DNA of 41,837 nt from an uncultured Spirochaetales bacterium (GCA_964615045.1 CAZTOE010000005.1:1-41837); one strand, 5' to 3'; positions 27,595 to 37,754 are shown, counted from the first letter of the stretch. Numbers and translations: made by a program. The notes: generated by a model from the sequence alone, not told the origin.

Positions 27595-28629
27595 ATGAAG
27601 GTCTACCGTCTTGCTGAAGCCAAAGGGCTCGACGCCCTCGAGGCCGCTCAGGTCGACGATGCGCCGCTCGGCGCCCGCGACGTGCGCGTGGAGATGCGCG
27701 CCTGGTCACTCAACTACCGCGATCTTGGCATCCCGGCCGGCGGCTACCCGCGCAACGACAAGCTCCAGCGCGACCCGCCGCTCGTTCCGCTCTCCGACGG
27801 CGCGGGCGAGGTGCTCGAGGTGGGCGCGGAGGTGAGCCGCTTCAAGCCGGGCGACCGCGTCGCGACCTGTTTCTTCCAGGACTGGGACGGCGGTGAAGTC
27901 GGCGAAGCGGGCATGCGATCGGCGCTAGGCGGCGGGATCGACGGCGTCCTGGCCGAGCGGGTCGTGCTCGGCGAGAACGGCCTCGTGCATCTCCCCTCGC
28001 ACCTCTCGCTCGAGCAGGGGGCGTGTTTGCCCTGCGCCGCCGTGACGGCATGGCAGGCGTTGACCCGGGGTCCGCTCACCGCCGGTGACGCGATTCTCAC
28101 CCTCGGCACCGGAGGCGTCTCGGTCTTCGCCCTGCAGCTCGCCAAGGCGCATGGGGCGCGGGTCCTGATCACGAGCAGCAGCGACGCGAAGCTCGAGCGC
28201 GCCCGCGCGCTCGGCGCCGACGACACGATCAACTACCGGACCCACCCGGCTTGGGAGACCCGGGCTCGCGAACTCACCGGGGGAACCGGCGTTGACAATG
28301 TGATGGAGGTCGGCGGCGCCGGAACCCTCGAGAAGTCTCTCGCATCGACGCGGATCGGCGGTACCGTCAGCTTGATCGGTGTCCTCACGGGCCCCGGCGC
28401 GCCGAATCCCTCGACGCTGCTGGCGCTGTTCAACCGCATCACGATCCGGGGCATCTACGTGGGAAGTCGCGCGATGTTCGAGGCGATGAACCGCGCCCTC
28501 GAGGTCAACCGCATCGAGCCGGTGATCGACCGCAGCTTCGCCTTCGAAGAGCTCGGAGAGATCCGCGCCGCCTACGAGTATCTCCGTAGTGGCGCGCACT
28601 TCGGGAAGGTAGTGATCGCGCGCTCCTGA
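27595..28629 (+). CDS. NAD(P)-dependent medium-chain (zinc-type) alcohol dehydrogenase-like protein
   Basis: SLNYRD, PLSDGAGEV, LPCAAVTAW, GTGGVS and HFGKVVI motifs. Confidence 0.92.
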   Translation: MKVYRLAEAKGLDALEAAQVDDAPLGARDVRVEMRAWSLNYRDLGIPAGGYPRNDKLQRDPPLVPLSDGAGEVLEVGAEVSRFKPGDRVATCFFQDWDGGEVGEAGMRSALGGGIDGVLAERVVLGENGLVHLPSHLSLEQGACLPCAAVTAWQALTRGPLTAGDAILTLGTGGVSVFALQLAKAHGARVLITSSSDAKLERARALGADDTINYRTHPAWETRARELTGGTGVDNVMEVGGAGTLEKSLASTRIGGTVSLIGVLTGPGAPNPSTLLALFNRITIRGIYVGSRAMFEAMNRALEVNRIEPVIDRSFAFEELGEIRAAYEYLRSGAHFGKVVIARS

Positions 28630-28671
28630 TCGTCTGCGAGCTCGCCGACGCGGCCGCCGAGCGGGCTCGGG

Positions 28672-30201
28672 TCAGCGTCGCCAACGCAAGAGTGTTGCCA
28701 ACACGCGCTTGAGCGTCGGCGTCAATCGGGTCCGCAGGTAGGCGTTCGAGGCGGCCTTGATCGCTTCCGCCTGGGTCGGGTAGGGGAAGATCGCGCTGGC
28801 GATCGTTCCGAGCCCCACCTTGCCGGCCATGGCGATGCTGAGTGCGCCGATCAGGTCGCCGGCGTGGGCCGCGACTATTGTCGCGCCCAGGATCTCGTCG
28901 CGGCCCTTGCGGGTCACGATCTTGACGAAGCCCTCTTCCTGGCCGTCGCAGAGCGCGCGGTCGTTGGCCTCGAGATTGATCCGGTAGCTGTCGACGGCGA
29001 GCCCGCGTTCCGAAGCATCGCGCTCGTACAGACCGATATGCCCGAGCTCCGGGTCGGTGTACGTACACCAGGGCATGACGAGTCGGCTCAAGCGCTTGCG
29101 GCCGAAGAAGAACGCGTTTTGCACCGCAATCTTGGCGGCGGCGTCCGCCGCATGGGTGAACTTCCAGCCCATGGCACAATCGCCCACGGCGAAGATGCGG
29201 CGGTTGCGGGTCCGCAGAAAATCGTCCACCGTTACGCCACGGCGCTGGTCGAAGGCCACGCCAGCCGCTTCGAGGCCCAGCCCGTCGACGTTGGGGGCGC
29301 GCCCGGCCGCAACCAGGATCCCGTCCACCAGCAGCGGTTCACAGGCCCTTGTCGGGCCGCTCAGGAAGATGCGCTTGCCCTCGGCTCCGGCCTCCACCCT
29401 CTCGATGCGGATCTCCGTCTGGACGGCCACGCCGTCGCGCGTCAAGGCTCTGCGCACAAGCTCGGCGGCCTCGGGGTCTTCGCGGGGCAGGACTTGTTCG
29501 CTGGCCTCGAGGAGCGAGACTTGGCACCCGAGGCGCTGGAACGCCTGGGCGAGCTCGCAGCCGATCGGGCCGCCGCCGATCACGGCGAGGCGCGCGGGCG
29601 GCGAGGTCAACGAGAAGACCGTCTCGTTGGTCAGATAGCCGCTCTCGGCCAGCCCGGGGATCGGCGGTGCTGTGGCCCGTGCGCCCGTCGCGATCACCGC
29701 TCTGCGAAACCGCAGCTCGCTCTCCCCGACCACGACGCGGTCGGGGCCGGCGAAGCGCGCCTCGCCGAGAAACACATCGACACCGAGTTGGTGCTGGTAG
29801 CGATCGGCCGAGTCGTGGGGGCCGATGCGTGCGCGCACCTCGCGCATGCGTTGCATGGCAGCGCCGAAATCGGGCGTTTGTTCCGCGGGGAGCTTCAGGC
29901 CGAGCGAGGCGGCTGCCCGTGCCTCGGCGACTCGCCGCCCCGACGCGATCACCGCCTTTGAGGGGACGCAGCCGACATTGAGACAGTCTCCACCCAGGAA
30001 GTGGCGCTCGATCAACGCGACCCGGGCGCCGAGACCGGCCGCCACGCTGGCGGTCACCAGTCCTGCGGTCCCGGCCCCGAGGACCACCAGGTTGTAGCGG
30101 GAAGCGGGCTCTGGATGGCGCCAATCCGGGGGATGGACGTTGGCGAGGAGGCGCTGGTTGGCCTCGTCCCAGGGTTCGAGGCGGAGCGGGTTGGGCTTCA
30201 C
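28672..30201 (-). CDS. Pyridine nucleotide-disulfide oxidoreductase (mercuric-reductase-like/LPD family)
   Basis: GAGTAG FAD motif, GGDCLNVGCVPSK redox disulfide, GGGPIG and YPTQAE. No HMA domain and no C-terminal Cys-Cys. Confidence 0.9.
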   Translation of the reverse strand: MKPNPLRLEPWDEANQRLLANVHPPDWRHPEPASRYNLVVLGAGTAGLVTASVAAGLGARVALIERHFLGGDCLNVGCVPSKAVIASGRRVAEARAAASLGLKLPAEQTPDFGAAMQRMREVRARIGPHDSADRYQHQLGVDVFLGEARFAGPDRVVVGESELRFRRAVIATGARATAPPIPGLAESGYLTNETVFSLTSPPARLAVIGGGPIGCELAQAFQRLGCQVSLLEASEQVLPREDPEAAELVRRALTRDGVAVQTEIRIERVEAGAEGKRIFLSGPTRACEPLLVDGILVAAGRAPNVDGLGLEAAGVAFDQRRGVTVDDFLRTRNRRIFAVGDCAMGWKFTHAADAAAKIAVQNAFFFGRKRLSRLVMPWCTYTDPELGHIGLYERDASERGLAVDSYRINLEANDRALCDGQEEGFVKIVTRKGRDEILGATIVAAHAGDLIGALSIAMAGKVGLGTIASAIFPYPTQAEAIKAASNAYLRTRLTPTLKRVLATLLRWRR

Positions 30202-31022
30202 GAGCTTTCCTCGGGCGCAGAAGTCAGGGGCCGGGGCGCGGCGTCTTGCGTGGCTTCGCGCAAGGCGCTGCGGGCGATCCGCGTCACCCAGGTAGTGACG
30301 CCCACGGTGGCCAGGAGTCCGAGTCCCAGCACCGCGTAGTAGCCGGTGTCACGAGGCGTCTCGGCGCCGCCCGCGAGCGCGGCGACTTCGCCGGCGAGCC
30401 TGCCGTAGTAGACGTAGAGCAGCGTCCCCGGGAGCATCCCAGGTGAGGCGAGCAGGTAGTCGCGCAGCGAAATGCGCGTGAGGCCGAGCGCGTAGTTCAG
30501 AAATGTGAACGGGAAGGCTGGCGAGAGCCGCAGCAGGAACACGATGCGAGCGCCCCGCGCCGCGATGGCGCGGTCGAACGCCGCGAAACGCGCATTGCCC
30601 GCGACGCGCCGCTGCACGGCCGGACGCGCCAGGTAGCGAGCGATCACGAAGGCCAACGCCGATCCCAGCGTGGCAGCCGCGAAAACCGTGACGGTCCCGA
30701 TCCCCAAACCGAAAACGGCCCCCGCCACCAGGGTGAGCGCCGAACCCGGCACAAAAGCGGCCACGGCCACGACGTAGCCGGCGGCAAAAACCACCGGTCC
30801 CCACGCGCCGAGTTCCTGAACCCAGGTCGCGGACGCGAGCACGGCATCGCCGATCTGACGCCCGCCGGCGACGAGGACAGCGAGCCCGGCGATCAGCAGA
30901 GCACCCCGGAGCCACGAGAACCGCGAGGCCCGTTGCGGCTCGGACTCCAAGCCATCGGTGGGCGCGTCGGTACCCGCATGGGTGCCCTCGCTGGGCCTCG
31001 CGTCGGTATTCGAAACCGCCAT
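30198..31022 (-). CDS. TVP38/TMEM64 (DedA/SNARE-associated) family membrane protein
   Basis: PGSALTLVAGAVFG, LLRLSPAFPF and NYALGLT motifs. Confidence 0.9.
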   Translation of the reverse strand: MAVSNTDARPSEGTHAGTDAPTDGLESEPQRASRFSWLRGALLIAGLAVLVAGGRQIGDAVLASATWVQELGAWGPVVFAAGYVVAVAAFVPGSALTLVAGAVFGLGIGTVTVFAAATLGSALAFVIARYLARPAVQRRVAGNARFAAFDRAIAARGARIVFLLRLSPAFPFTFLNYALGLTRISLRDYLLASPGMLPGTLLYVYYGRLAGEVAALAGGAETPRDTGYYAVLGLGLLATVGVTTWVTRIARSALREATQDAAPRPLTSAPEESS

Positions 31023-31100
31023 CGAACGTCGTCTCCCGGGCGCTCCGCCCTGGTATATCGTGCAGGGATACGCCGCCCGGCCGTTTCGGTTACGCGTCGC

Positions 31101-32099
31101 TCACGAAGTCAGCGCACCGCCGCAGCTCGATCCCGAACCCGCCGTGCAGCCGAAGCAGTGGCGCGCCGTGACAATCGCCGCGCCGGTCAGCGCTGCGCAG
31201 CTCCCGAGCTCGAAGAGGTTCGAGGGGCCGTTCAGGGGAATCTGGAGCATCTGGTTGAAGTCGCAATCGTAGAGTCGCCCGTCCCAACCGACCGACACCG
31301 TGTGGCGACACATCAGCGCGGAGACCGTGGCGGGGTTGAAGTGTGCGACCAGCAGGGAGAGATACTCGGCCTCGCGACCCTCCCGGGCCAGAAAATCCGC
31401 AAAGCGTTTGATGGGCATGTTGGCGAGCGTGAGCAACTGGTTGAACTCGACGCCGAACGACTCGCGCAGCTCGCGGTGATAGCGGGCCTCGAGCTCCGCC
31501 TGGGAGGGCGGGAGCGAGGCACCGAGAGGATTGTAGACCAGGTCCAGCACGAGCCGTGGATCCCGGCCGTAGCCCAGCCGGTTGAGGGTGTGCAGGGCGT
31601 CCATGCTCTTCTGGAACACGCCGCGCCCCCGCTGCCGGTCGACGTTCTCGCGCGTGTAACAGGGCAGCGAGGCGACGATCGAGACCCGTTGTTGCGCCAG
31701 AAACTCGGCGGTGTCTTCTTGTCCCTCCTCGAAGAGCACCGTCAGGTTGCAGCGGTCGATCACCTCTTTGCCGAGGGCGCGCGCTCCGCGCACGAGCGCG
31801 CGGAAGTTCGGATTGAGCTCCGGCGCGCCGCCCGTCAGATCGACGCGCGCCACGGAAGGGCTGCGCTCGAGTAGCTCGAGCACGCGACGCGCGGTTGCCG
31901 CGTCCATCATCTCGTTTCGCTTCGGCCCCGCCTCGACGTGACAGTGGTGACACGCCTGATTGCAGCGCTTGCCCACGTTCACCTGGAGGGTGGTCGCTTC
32001 GGCGCGGCGCAGGACCGCCCAACCGTGCTGCCGCAGCGTCGCGGCGAAGCTGGGCGTCGGATCGTTCGCCACGGCAGTGGTGATGGGCTCGGCGGACAT
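31101..32099 (-). CDS. arsS: Radical SAM protein, ArsS/DUF3641 (rSAM selenodomain-associated) family, Cys form
   Basis: LQVNVGKRCNQACHHCHV (CxxxCxxC), DLTGGAPE, LYDCDFNQML and C-terminal HCFGCTAGSGSSCGGAL. Confidence 0.88.
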   Translation of the reverse strand: MSAEPITTAVANDPTPSFAATLRQHGWAVLRRAEATTLQVNVGKRCNQACHHCHVEAGPKRNEMMDAATARRVLELLERSPSVARVDLTGGAPELNPNFRALVRGARALGKEVIDRCNLTVLFEEGQEDTAEFLAQQRVSIVASLPCYTRENVDRQRGRGVFQKSMDALHTLNRLGYGRDPRLVLDLVYNPLGASLPPSQAELEARYHRELRESFGVEFNQLLTLANMPIKRFADFLAREGREAEYLSLLVAHFNPATVSALMCRHTVSVGWDGRLYDCDFNQMLQIPLNGPSNLFELGSCAALTGAAIVTARHCFGCTAGSGSSCGGALTS

Positions 32100-32172
32100 G
32101 GCTTCTCCCGGCGGCCAGCTCCCCGACCCACCTTAGGCCGGAATCCGGGTCGCGGCGAGGCGTTGAACGCGG

Positions 32173-32181
32173 TGGTAAGGT
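32173..32181 (+). promoter_or_regulatory. Putative extended -10 (TGGTAAGGT) 9 nt before ATG 32191
   Basis: TGnTAnnnT pattern with no separate SD between the box and the ATG. Confidence 0.45.
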
Positions 32182-32190
32182 GTTCCGCCA

Positions 32191-34065
32191 ATGAAGGCCG
32201 GGAGCCCGCACTTGGTCTTCGCCGCCGCCCTCGCCGCCGGGGTCGTCGGCCACCTGATCGCGCGTCACCTGCGTATTCCTTCGATCGTCCCGCTGCTCAC
32301 GATCGGAGTCATCATCGGCCCCGACGGGCTGGGCTGGATCGATCCCCGCCAGCTGGGACACGGCCTCTTCGGTGTCGTCGAGCTCGGGGTGGCCGTGATT
32401 CTCTTCGAAGGCGCCCTGAACCTCGACCTCAACCGGCTGCGCCGTGAGGGCGGGCCGATTCGAAACCTGGTGACGGTGGGCGCCCTGGTGACCGCGGCCG
32501 GCGGAGCCATCGCCGTCCGCCTCTTCATGGGTTGGTCGTGGGAGCTCTCGATCGTCTTTGGGACGCTCGTCATCGTCACCGGACCGACCGTCATCGGACC
32601 GTTGCTGCGCCATACCCCGGTGCGGCCGAGGCCCGCCACCGTGCTCGAAGCGGAGGGCATCTTGATCGACCCGGTCGGTGCCATCGTCGCCGCCGTGACG
32701 CTGCAGGTGATCGTGGGCGGACAACCGAGTGGGATCGAGAGCCTGCTGCTGCGGCTGGGCTTCGGTGCCATGGCGGGCCTGTTGTTTGGCTTCGCACTGG
32801 CGGGCTTGCTGCGGCTGCCGCGCGCGGTGCCCGAGGGGCTCGAGAACACCACCAGCCTGGCCGCTGCTCTGGTGCTCTTCGCGGGCTGCAATGCCCTGGT
32901 CTCCGACACCGGCATCCTCGCGGTGGTGGTGGCGGGTTTCGTGGTGGGAAACTTCGAGACCCGCGTGACCCGCGAGCTGCGCGAGTTTCAGGAGCACCTC
33001 ACGATCGGCTTGATCGGGCTGCTCTTTGTGCTGCTGGCGGCCGACGTGGGTGTCCGCGACGTGCTGGCTCTGGGCGCCCCCGGGCTCGCCACGGTGGCAG
33101 CTCTGGTCGCGGTGGTGCGTCCCGTCAATGTGTGGCTCTGCACGCTGGGTTCCGAACTCGACCCGCGCGAGCGCGCCTTTCTCGCCTGGGTCGCGCCGCG
33201 CGGGATCGTGGCCGCCGCGGTGGCCTCGCTTTTCGCCGCGGTGATGGAGGACGCGGGAATCGCGGGCGCTTCGGCGCTGCGGGCTTTGGTGTTTCTCACC
33301 ATCGGTGTGACCGTCGTCCTTCAAGGCGTTTCGGTCGGGCTGGTCGCGAGCCTGCTCGGGGTGCGGGCGCCGGGGCGCGAAGCGGTTGCGATCCTGGGTG
33401 CCGACGCCCTGGCGCTGACGTTGGGCGACGTGCTGAGCGCCGGCGGCAAGCGCATCGTATTCCTCGATACCAACCCCGCGCACATCCGCGCGGCCGAGGA
33501 ACGCAGTTTTCCCGCGGTCTACGGCAACGCGCTCGAGGAGCGCACGCTTTCGCGCGCTCGGCTGGAGACCGCCTGGGCGGCGATCGGCCTCACCCCCAAT
33601 GACGAGATCAACGGGATTTTCGCCCGCGAAGCCGCCGAGGATTTCTCGGTGCCCTCGACCTACGTGGCGATCAACCGGCAAACGCGCATCACCGAGAGCC
33701 GGCTCGAGCGCCAGGGGAGCCACATCCTCTTCGATCGGCCCAAAGACGTGGAGCGCTGGTCGGTGCGGGTTCGGCACGGCGATACCTCGGTCGAACGCTA
33801 TCGCCATGCGGGAACCCCGCCCGAAGGGGGAGACGAAGAGCGGGACGTCACGCTCCCCGGCCTGAACGCCGATCCCTACGTGGTGCTGGCGATCGAACGC
33901 GGCAAGCGACGCCGGCCGATGCACGCGGCCCTGGAGCTCAAAGCGGGCGACCGCGGCTACGTCCTGATCTACACCCCGGAGCGCGACTTGGCCGATTTCG
34001 AACTCCGTGCCCGGGGTTGGTTTCGGGACGCGGAGCCGGAGCGGGAGGCCGCGTCGGCGAGCTAG
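32191..34065 (+). CDS. Cation:proton antiporter (CPA1, NhaP/CvrA-like) with C-terminal TrkA/RCK-like domain
   Basis: ILFEGAL, VTGPTVIGPLL, EGILIDPVG and APRGIVAAA motifs. Cytosolic tail with VYGNAL. Confidence 0.9.
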   Translation: MKAGSPHLVFAAALAAGVVGHLIARHLRIPSIVPLLTIGVIIGPDGLGWIDPRQLGHGLFGVVELGVAVILFEGALNLDLNRLRREGGPIRNLVTVGALVTAAGGAIAVRLFMGWSWELSIVFGTLVIVTGPTVIGPLLRHTPVRPRPATVLEAEGILIDPVGAIVAAVTLQVIVGGQPSGIESLLLRLGFGAMAGLLFGFALAGLLRLPRAVPEGLENTTSLAAALVLFAGCNALVSDTGILAVVVAGFVVGNFETRVTRELREFQEHLTIGLIGLLFVLLAADVGVRDVLALGAPGLATVAALVAVVRPVNVWLCTLGSELDPRERAFLAWVAPRGIVAAAVASLFAAVMEDAGIAGASALRALVFLTIGVTVVLQGVSVGLVASLLGVRAPGREAVAILGADALALTLGDVLSAGGKRIVFLDTNPAHIRAAEERSFPAVYGNALEERTLSRARLETAWAAIGLTPNDEINGIFAREAAEDFSVPSTYVAINRQTRITESRLERQGSHILFDRPKDVERWSVRVRHGDTSVERYRHAGTPPEGGDEERDVTLPGLNADPYVVLAIERGKRRRPMHAALELKAGDRGYVLIYTPERDLADFELRARGWFRDAEPEREAASAS

Positions 34066-34676
34066 GGCGAAGCTGGCACCGCCATCCCCCGCTGGACCGC
34101 CGGGCGCTCCGCCAGGCGCCGGAGCCAGGTCACCACCGCCTCGCGTTCCAGCAGCGGCGGCGCCTCCATGGCCAGCATCGGTTGCAGCCATGGGAAATGC
34201 ATGATGTCCGCGATCGAGTACTCGCCCGCCAGGTAGGGACGGCCGTCGTGCAGAACCCGCTCGAGGACTTCGAACAGGCGCGTGACCTCATCCCCGAAGT
34301 GCTCGACCAGGTCGCGGCTGCGATCCGAGATCGGCCGTCGCAACTGGGCCAGGAGTCCCTCCAGATAGGGACCCGTGGCGCTGCTTTGGAAAAACGCATA
34401 TTGGATCGCGCGCCAGCGGTCGGCGGGAGCCGCGGGGAGCAACGCGTCGTGCTTCTCCGCGAGGTAGAGCAGGATCGTGCCGGACTCCCACAGGACGAAC
34501 CCGGCGTCGTCGATGACGGGGATCTTGTGGTTGGGTGTCAGGCGCAGAAACTCGGGATTGTGCTGTTCGCCCGACCGCAGATCCACCACGACCACCTCGT
34601 ACGGCACCGCAAGCTCCTCGAGCGCGATCGAGACCTTGCGACCGTTGGGACTCGCGGCGGTATAGAGTCGCAGCAT
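34062..34676 (-). CDS. Glutathione S-transferase (YfcG/Nu-class-like)
   Basis: SPNGRKV, PNHKIPVI, LWESGTILLYLAEK and YSIADI motifs. GAGGAG SD. Confidence 0.92.
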   Translation of the reverse strand: MLRLYTAASPNGRKVSIALEELAVPYEVVVVDLRSGEQHNPEFLRLTPNHKIPVIDDAGFVLWESGTILLYLAEKHDALLPAAPADRWRAIQYAFFQSSATGPYLEGLLAQLRRPISDRSRDLVEHFGDEVTRLFEVLERVLHDGRPYLAGEYSIADIMHFPWLQPMLAMEAPPLLEREAVVTWLRRLAERPAVQRGMAVPASP

Positions 34677-34743
34677 GGCGCTCCTCTCTTCCGGCGACGC
34701 CGCAGCCGCAGCGCAATGCGGGCTGAGTCGCTATCTAGCGCAC

Positions 34744-35631
34744 ATGGCGGCGAACCCCCGGCCGGCGTTCGAAGCGCGCGATCCCCTGGCGCGCCTCATC
34801 GAGCGACTGGCCCTCGAGCCGACTGGGCCGGGCGCCTTCCGGACGCCTCCCGGCGCCGGAAGCCGGCGCCTCTTTGGCGGGCTGATCGCCGCGCAGGCCG
34901 CGATGGCGGCACAGCGGAGCGGCGAAGTTGGGCGGCTGCATTCGTTGCACGGGTATTTCCTGCGTCCGGGACGACCCGGCGCGCCGATTCTCTTCGAGGT
35001 CGCTTCGCTGCGCGACGGTCGCAGCTTCGCGGTCCGCCAGGTCGCCGTTCGCCAACGCGATGAAGTCATCTTCGCGCTCAGCGCGAGCTTCTGTCGCTCG
35101 GACCGCGGCCCGGGCCACGATCGCGAGGAACTCGCCGGCACGCGCTTCGATCCCACTGCTGTGCCGGACCCGCTGGAGTGCCCCGATTGGGAGGAAGTGC
35201 GCGCTTCGGTCACGGGAGAAGACCCGCGCCCACCCGATGCGATTGAACTTCGCGTGGTCGACCCCGAACACGACCGGGCCGGCACCGCGGCGCCCGCCTG
35301 GCGGCGGATTTGGATCCGACCCCGAGGCACGCTGCCGGACGACCCCGCGGTCCACGCCGCCGCGTTGGTCTACGCCAGCGACCGATCGCTGTTGCGCACC
35401 GGCGCGCGGCTCCATCTCGATATGCACCGGCGCATGCCCGCGAGCCTCGACCACTCCGTGTGGCTCCACCGCCCGCCGCGTTTCGACGACTGGTTGCTCT
35501 TCGCCAGCGAGGCACCGATCGCGTCGGGGGGACGGGCCTGGGTGACAGGTCGCATGTTGCGGCGCGACGGAACCCGGGTCGCCACCATCGCCCAAGAAGG
35601 TCTGGTGCCCGCACCCGTTCGGAGGTCCTGA
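34744..35631 (+). CDS. tesB: Acyl-CoA thioesterase II
   Basis: LFGGLIAAQA, HSLHGYFLRPG, LRDGRSF, YASD, SLDHSVW and QEG motifs. Start set at ATG 34744. Confidence 0.88.
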   Translation: MAANPRPAFEARDPLARLIERLALEPTGPGAFRTPPGAGSRRLFGGLIAAQAAMAAQRSGEVGRLHSLHGYFLRPGRPGAPILFEVASLRDGRSFAVRQVAVRQRDEVIFALSASFCRSDRGPGHDREELAGTRFDPTAVPDPLECPDWEEVRASVTGEDPRPPDAIELRVVDPEHDRAGTAAPAWRRIWIRPRGTLPDDPAVHAAALVYASDRSLLRTGARLHLDMHRRMPASLDHSVWLHRPPRFDDWLLFASEAPIASGGRAWVTGRMLRRDGTRVATIAQEGLVPAPVRRS

Positions 35632-35634
35632 GCT

Positions 35635-36387
35635 ATGGGAGCCCCGAATCCGCGCGTCGCGCTCTTCGTGCCGTGCTACGTGGACCAGTTCGGCCCCGAG
35701 GTCGCCTGGGCGACGCTTCGAGTGCTCGAACGCGCGGGCTGTTCGGTCGACTACGATTCCGATCAAACCTGCTGCGGCCAACCCTTCGTGAACCTCGGCT
35801 TGAGTGCGGCTGCGCTCCCGCTCGCCCGCGCCCACCTCGCGCGCTTCGCGAGTGCCGAGGTGGTGGTGTGTCCCTCGGCGAGTTGTGTCGCGACCGTGCG
35901 CCACCACTACGGCGTGCTCGAACCGGGCGCGGAGGAGGTGCGCGCACGCACCTACGAGCTCGGTGAATTTCTCGTTCATCGACTGGGTCGCGTCGAGCTC
36001 GGCGCGAGTTTTCCCCATCGCGTCGCGCTCCTCGAGAGCTGCCACGGATTGCGCGAGCTGGGGCTCGGTCGCCCGAGCGAAGCACCCAGCGGGGCGCCCG
36101 CGGGCAGCACCGAGCAGCTGCTGCGGGCCGTCTCCGGTCTCGAGCTCGTGTTTCCCGAGCGCGATGAATGCTGCGGGTTCGGCGGGGCGTTTGCGGTGGA
36201 GTACCCCGAGGTCTCGGCTCGCATGGGTCGGGCCAAGCTCGCGCAACTCGAAGACACCGGGGCCGAGTACGTGACGGGTACCGACCTCTCCTGCCTGATC
36301 CACCTCGACGGCCTGCGCCGCCGCACGGGGCGCGGCCCGCAGCCTGTCCATCTGGCCGAAGTGCTCGCGGCGGAGGAGACGGCATGA
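35635..36387 (+). CDS. lutA: Lactate utilization protein A (CCG-domain Fe-S protein)
   Basis: QTCCGQP, SASC, SCHGLR, ECCGFGG and DLSCLIHL motifs. Confidence 0.92.
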   Translation: MGAPNPRVALFVPCYVDQFGPEVAWATLRVLERAGCSVDYDSDQTCCGQPFVNLGLSAAALPLARAHLARFASAEVVVCPSASCVATVRHHYGVLEPGAEEVRARTYELGEFLVHRLGRVELGASFPHRVALLESCHGLRELGLGRPSEAPSGAPAGSTEQLLRAVSGLELVFPERDECCGFGGAFAVEYPEVSARMGRAKLAQLEDTGAEYVTGTDLSCLIHLDGLRRRTGRGPQPVHLAEVLAAEETA

Positions 36388-37754
36388 GTTCGGCTCTCGA
36401 CGGGCGGGCCCGCCAAACCCTTCCCGACGCCGTCGCCGTCGCGCGCCACGACGCCAGTGTGTTTTCGCTGCGCGTGAAGCGGGACGCGGCCGCTGCAGCG
36501 ACCCCTGACTTCGAGGCGCTGCGCGATCGCGCGGCCGCCCTCAAGGACCACGCCCTCGACCACCTCGATCACTATCTTGAGGAGTTCGAGCGCAAGGCCC
36601 GCGACGCCGGGACCCAGGTGCACTACGCGACCGACGCCGCCGCGCTGCGGGAAATCGTGTCCGGTCTGCTGCGCGCACGGGGCGTTGCGCGGGTCGTCAA
36701 GAGCAAGTCGATGCTCACCGAGGAATGCGGCCTCAACGCCCATCTCGAGGCGCAGGGCGTGGAGGTGGTCGACACCGATCTCGGCGAGCGCATCGTCCAA
36801 CTCGGCGGGGAGCCGCCCTCCCATATCATCGTCCCCGCGATCCACCGCACCCGCGAGGAAGTGGGATCGCTCTTCCACCGCACCCTGGGCACGCCCGCCG
36901 GCGAAGCCGATCCCACCCGCTTGATGGGCCACGCGCGCCGCCATCTGCGCCAGCGCTTCTTGGGCGCCGAGGCCGGTATCACGGGCGGCAACTTCGCCAT
37001 TGCGGAGACCGGCTCGCTGGTGATCGTCACCAACGAGGGCAACGCCGATCTCGGAAGCGCGCTCCCACCGCTCCACATCGCCTGCCTGGGCATCGAAAAG
37101 CTCATCGCGCGCCTTGCCGATCTCCCGGTCTTTCTACAGCTGCTCGCACGCAGTGCGACGGGCCAGGCGTTGAGTGCGTATACCTCGCTCCTCACCGGTC
37201 CGCGCGCCGGCGCCGAGCAGCACGTAGTGTGGGTGGACAACGGACGCAGCGCGTTGTTCGCCGACTCCGGGCGCAGACGCCTGCTCCGATGTATCCGCTG
37301 TGGTGCCTGCCTCAATACGTGCCCCGTCTACCGGCGCTCGGGGGGCCATGCGTATGGCACCCCGGTCGCCGGCCCGATCGGGGCGGCCCTCGCACCCCAA
37401 CTCGCAACGGGTCCCGGCGGTCGCGAACTGCCCTTCGCCTCGTCGCTGTGCGGAAGCTGCAGCGCAGTGTGCCCGGTGCGGATTGATCTCCACACCCAAC
37501 TGCTCGCCTGGCGCCACGAACGGTCGGCGCTGCCTCCGCACGCTGCGCGCGGCGCTCGCGCGGCTGCCGCCCTGATGCGGTGGCCGCGCCTCTACCGCGG
37601 TGTCCTGCGCGCGCTCCGGGCGTCCTGGCCCTTGTGGCGTCGTCCCTTCCCCGGCAATCCGGCGAATCCGTGGTTGCGAGCGCGGGCGCTGCCCGAAGCG
37701 CCGCGCGAGAGCTTTCGCGACGCGTGGGTGCGGGCGCGAGGCCGCTCCCGATGA
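36384..37754 (+). CDS. lutB: Lactate utilization protein B (LUD + 4Fe-4S)
   Basis: KSKSMLTEE, TDLGE, PSHIIVPAIH, CIRCGACLNTCPVY and SSLCGSCSAVCPV motifs. Confidence 0.93.
   Translation: MSSALDGRARQTLPDAVAVARHDASVFSLRVKRDAAAAATPDFEALRDRAAALKDHALDHLDHYLEEFERKARDAGTQVHYATDAAALREIVSGLLRARGVARVVKSKSMLTEECGLNAHLEAQGVEVVDTDLGERIVQLGGEPPSHIIVPAIHRTREEVGSLFHRTLGTPAGEADPTRLMGHARRHLRQRFLGAEAGITGGNFAIAETGSLVIVTNEGNADLGSALPPLHIACLGIEKLIARLADLPVFLQLLARSATGQALSAYTSLLTGPRAGAEQHVVWVDNGRSALFADSGRRRLLRCIRCGACLNTCPVYRRSGGHAYGTPVAGPIGAALAPQLATGPGGRELPFASSLCGSCSAVCPVRIDLHTQLLAWRHERSALPPHAARGARAAAALMRWPRLYRGVLRALRASWPLWRRPFPGNPANPWLRARALPEAPRESFRDAWVRARGRSR

Noticed and set aside
28672-30201. Calling this gene merA (mercury resistance)
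   Set aside because: No N-terminal HMA domain, no C-terminal Cys-Cys pair, and no merR/T/P genes nearby.
31090-34191. 1033-aa minus-strand ORF and other long shadow ORFs (e.g. 2187-4127, 13347-15236, 22242-23786, 34735-36351)
   Set aside because: They are antisense or off-frame to well-supported genes, Arg/Gly/Pro-rich and motif-free. This is expected from stop-codon scarcity at high GC.
35629-35637. tesB TGA is in frame with the lutA ATG
   Set aside because: Both proteins are complete on their own, and there is no redox motif or SECIS-like stem. Ordinary tight operon spacing.
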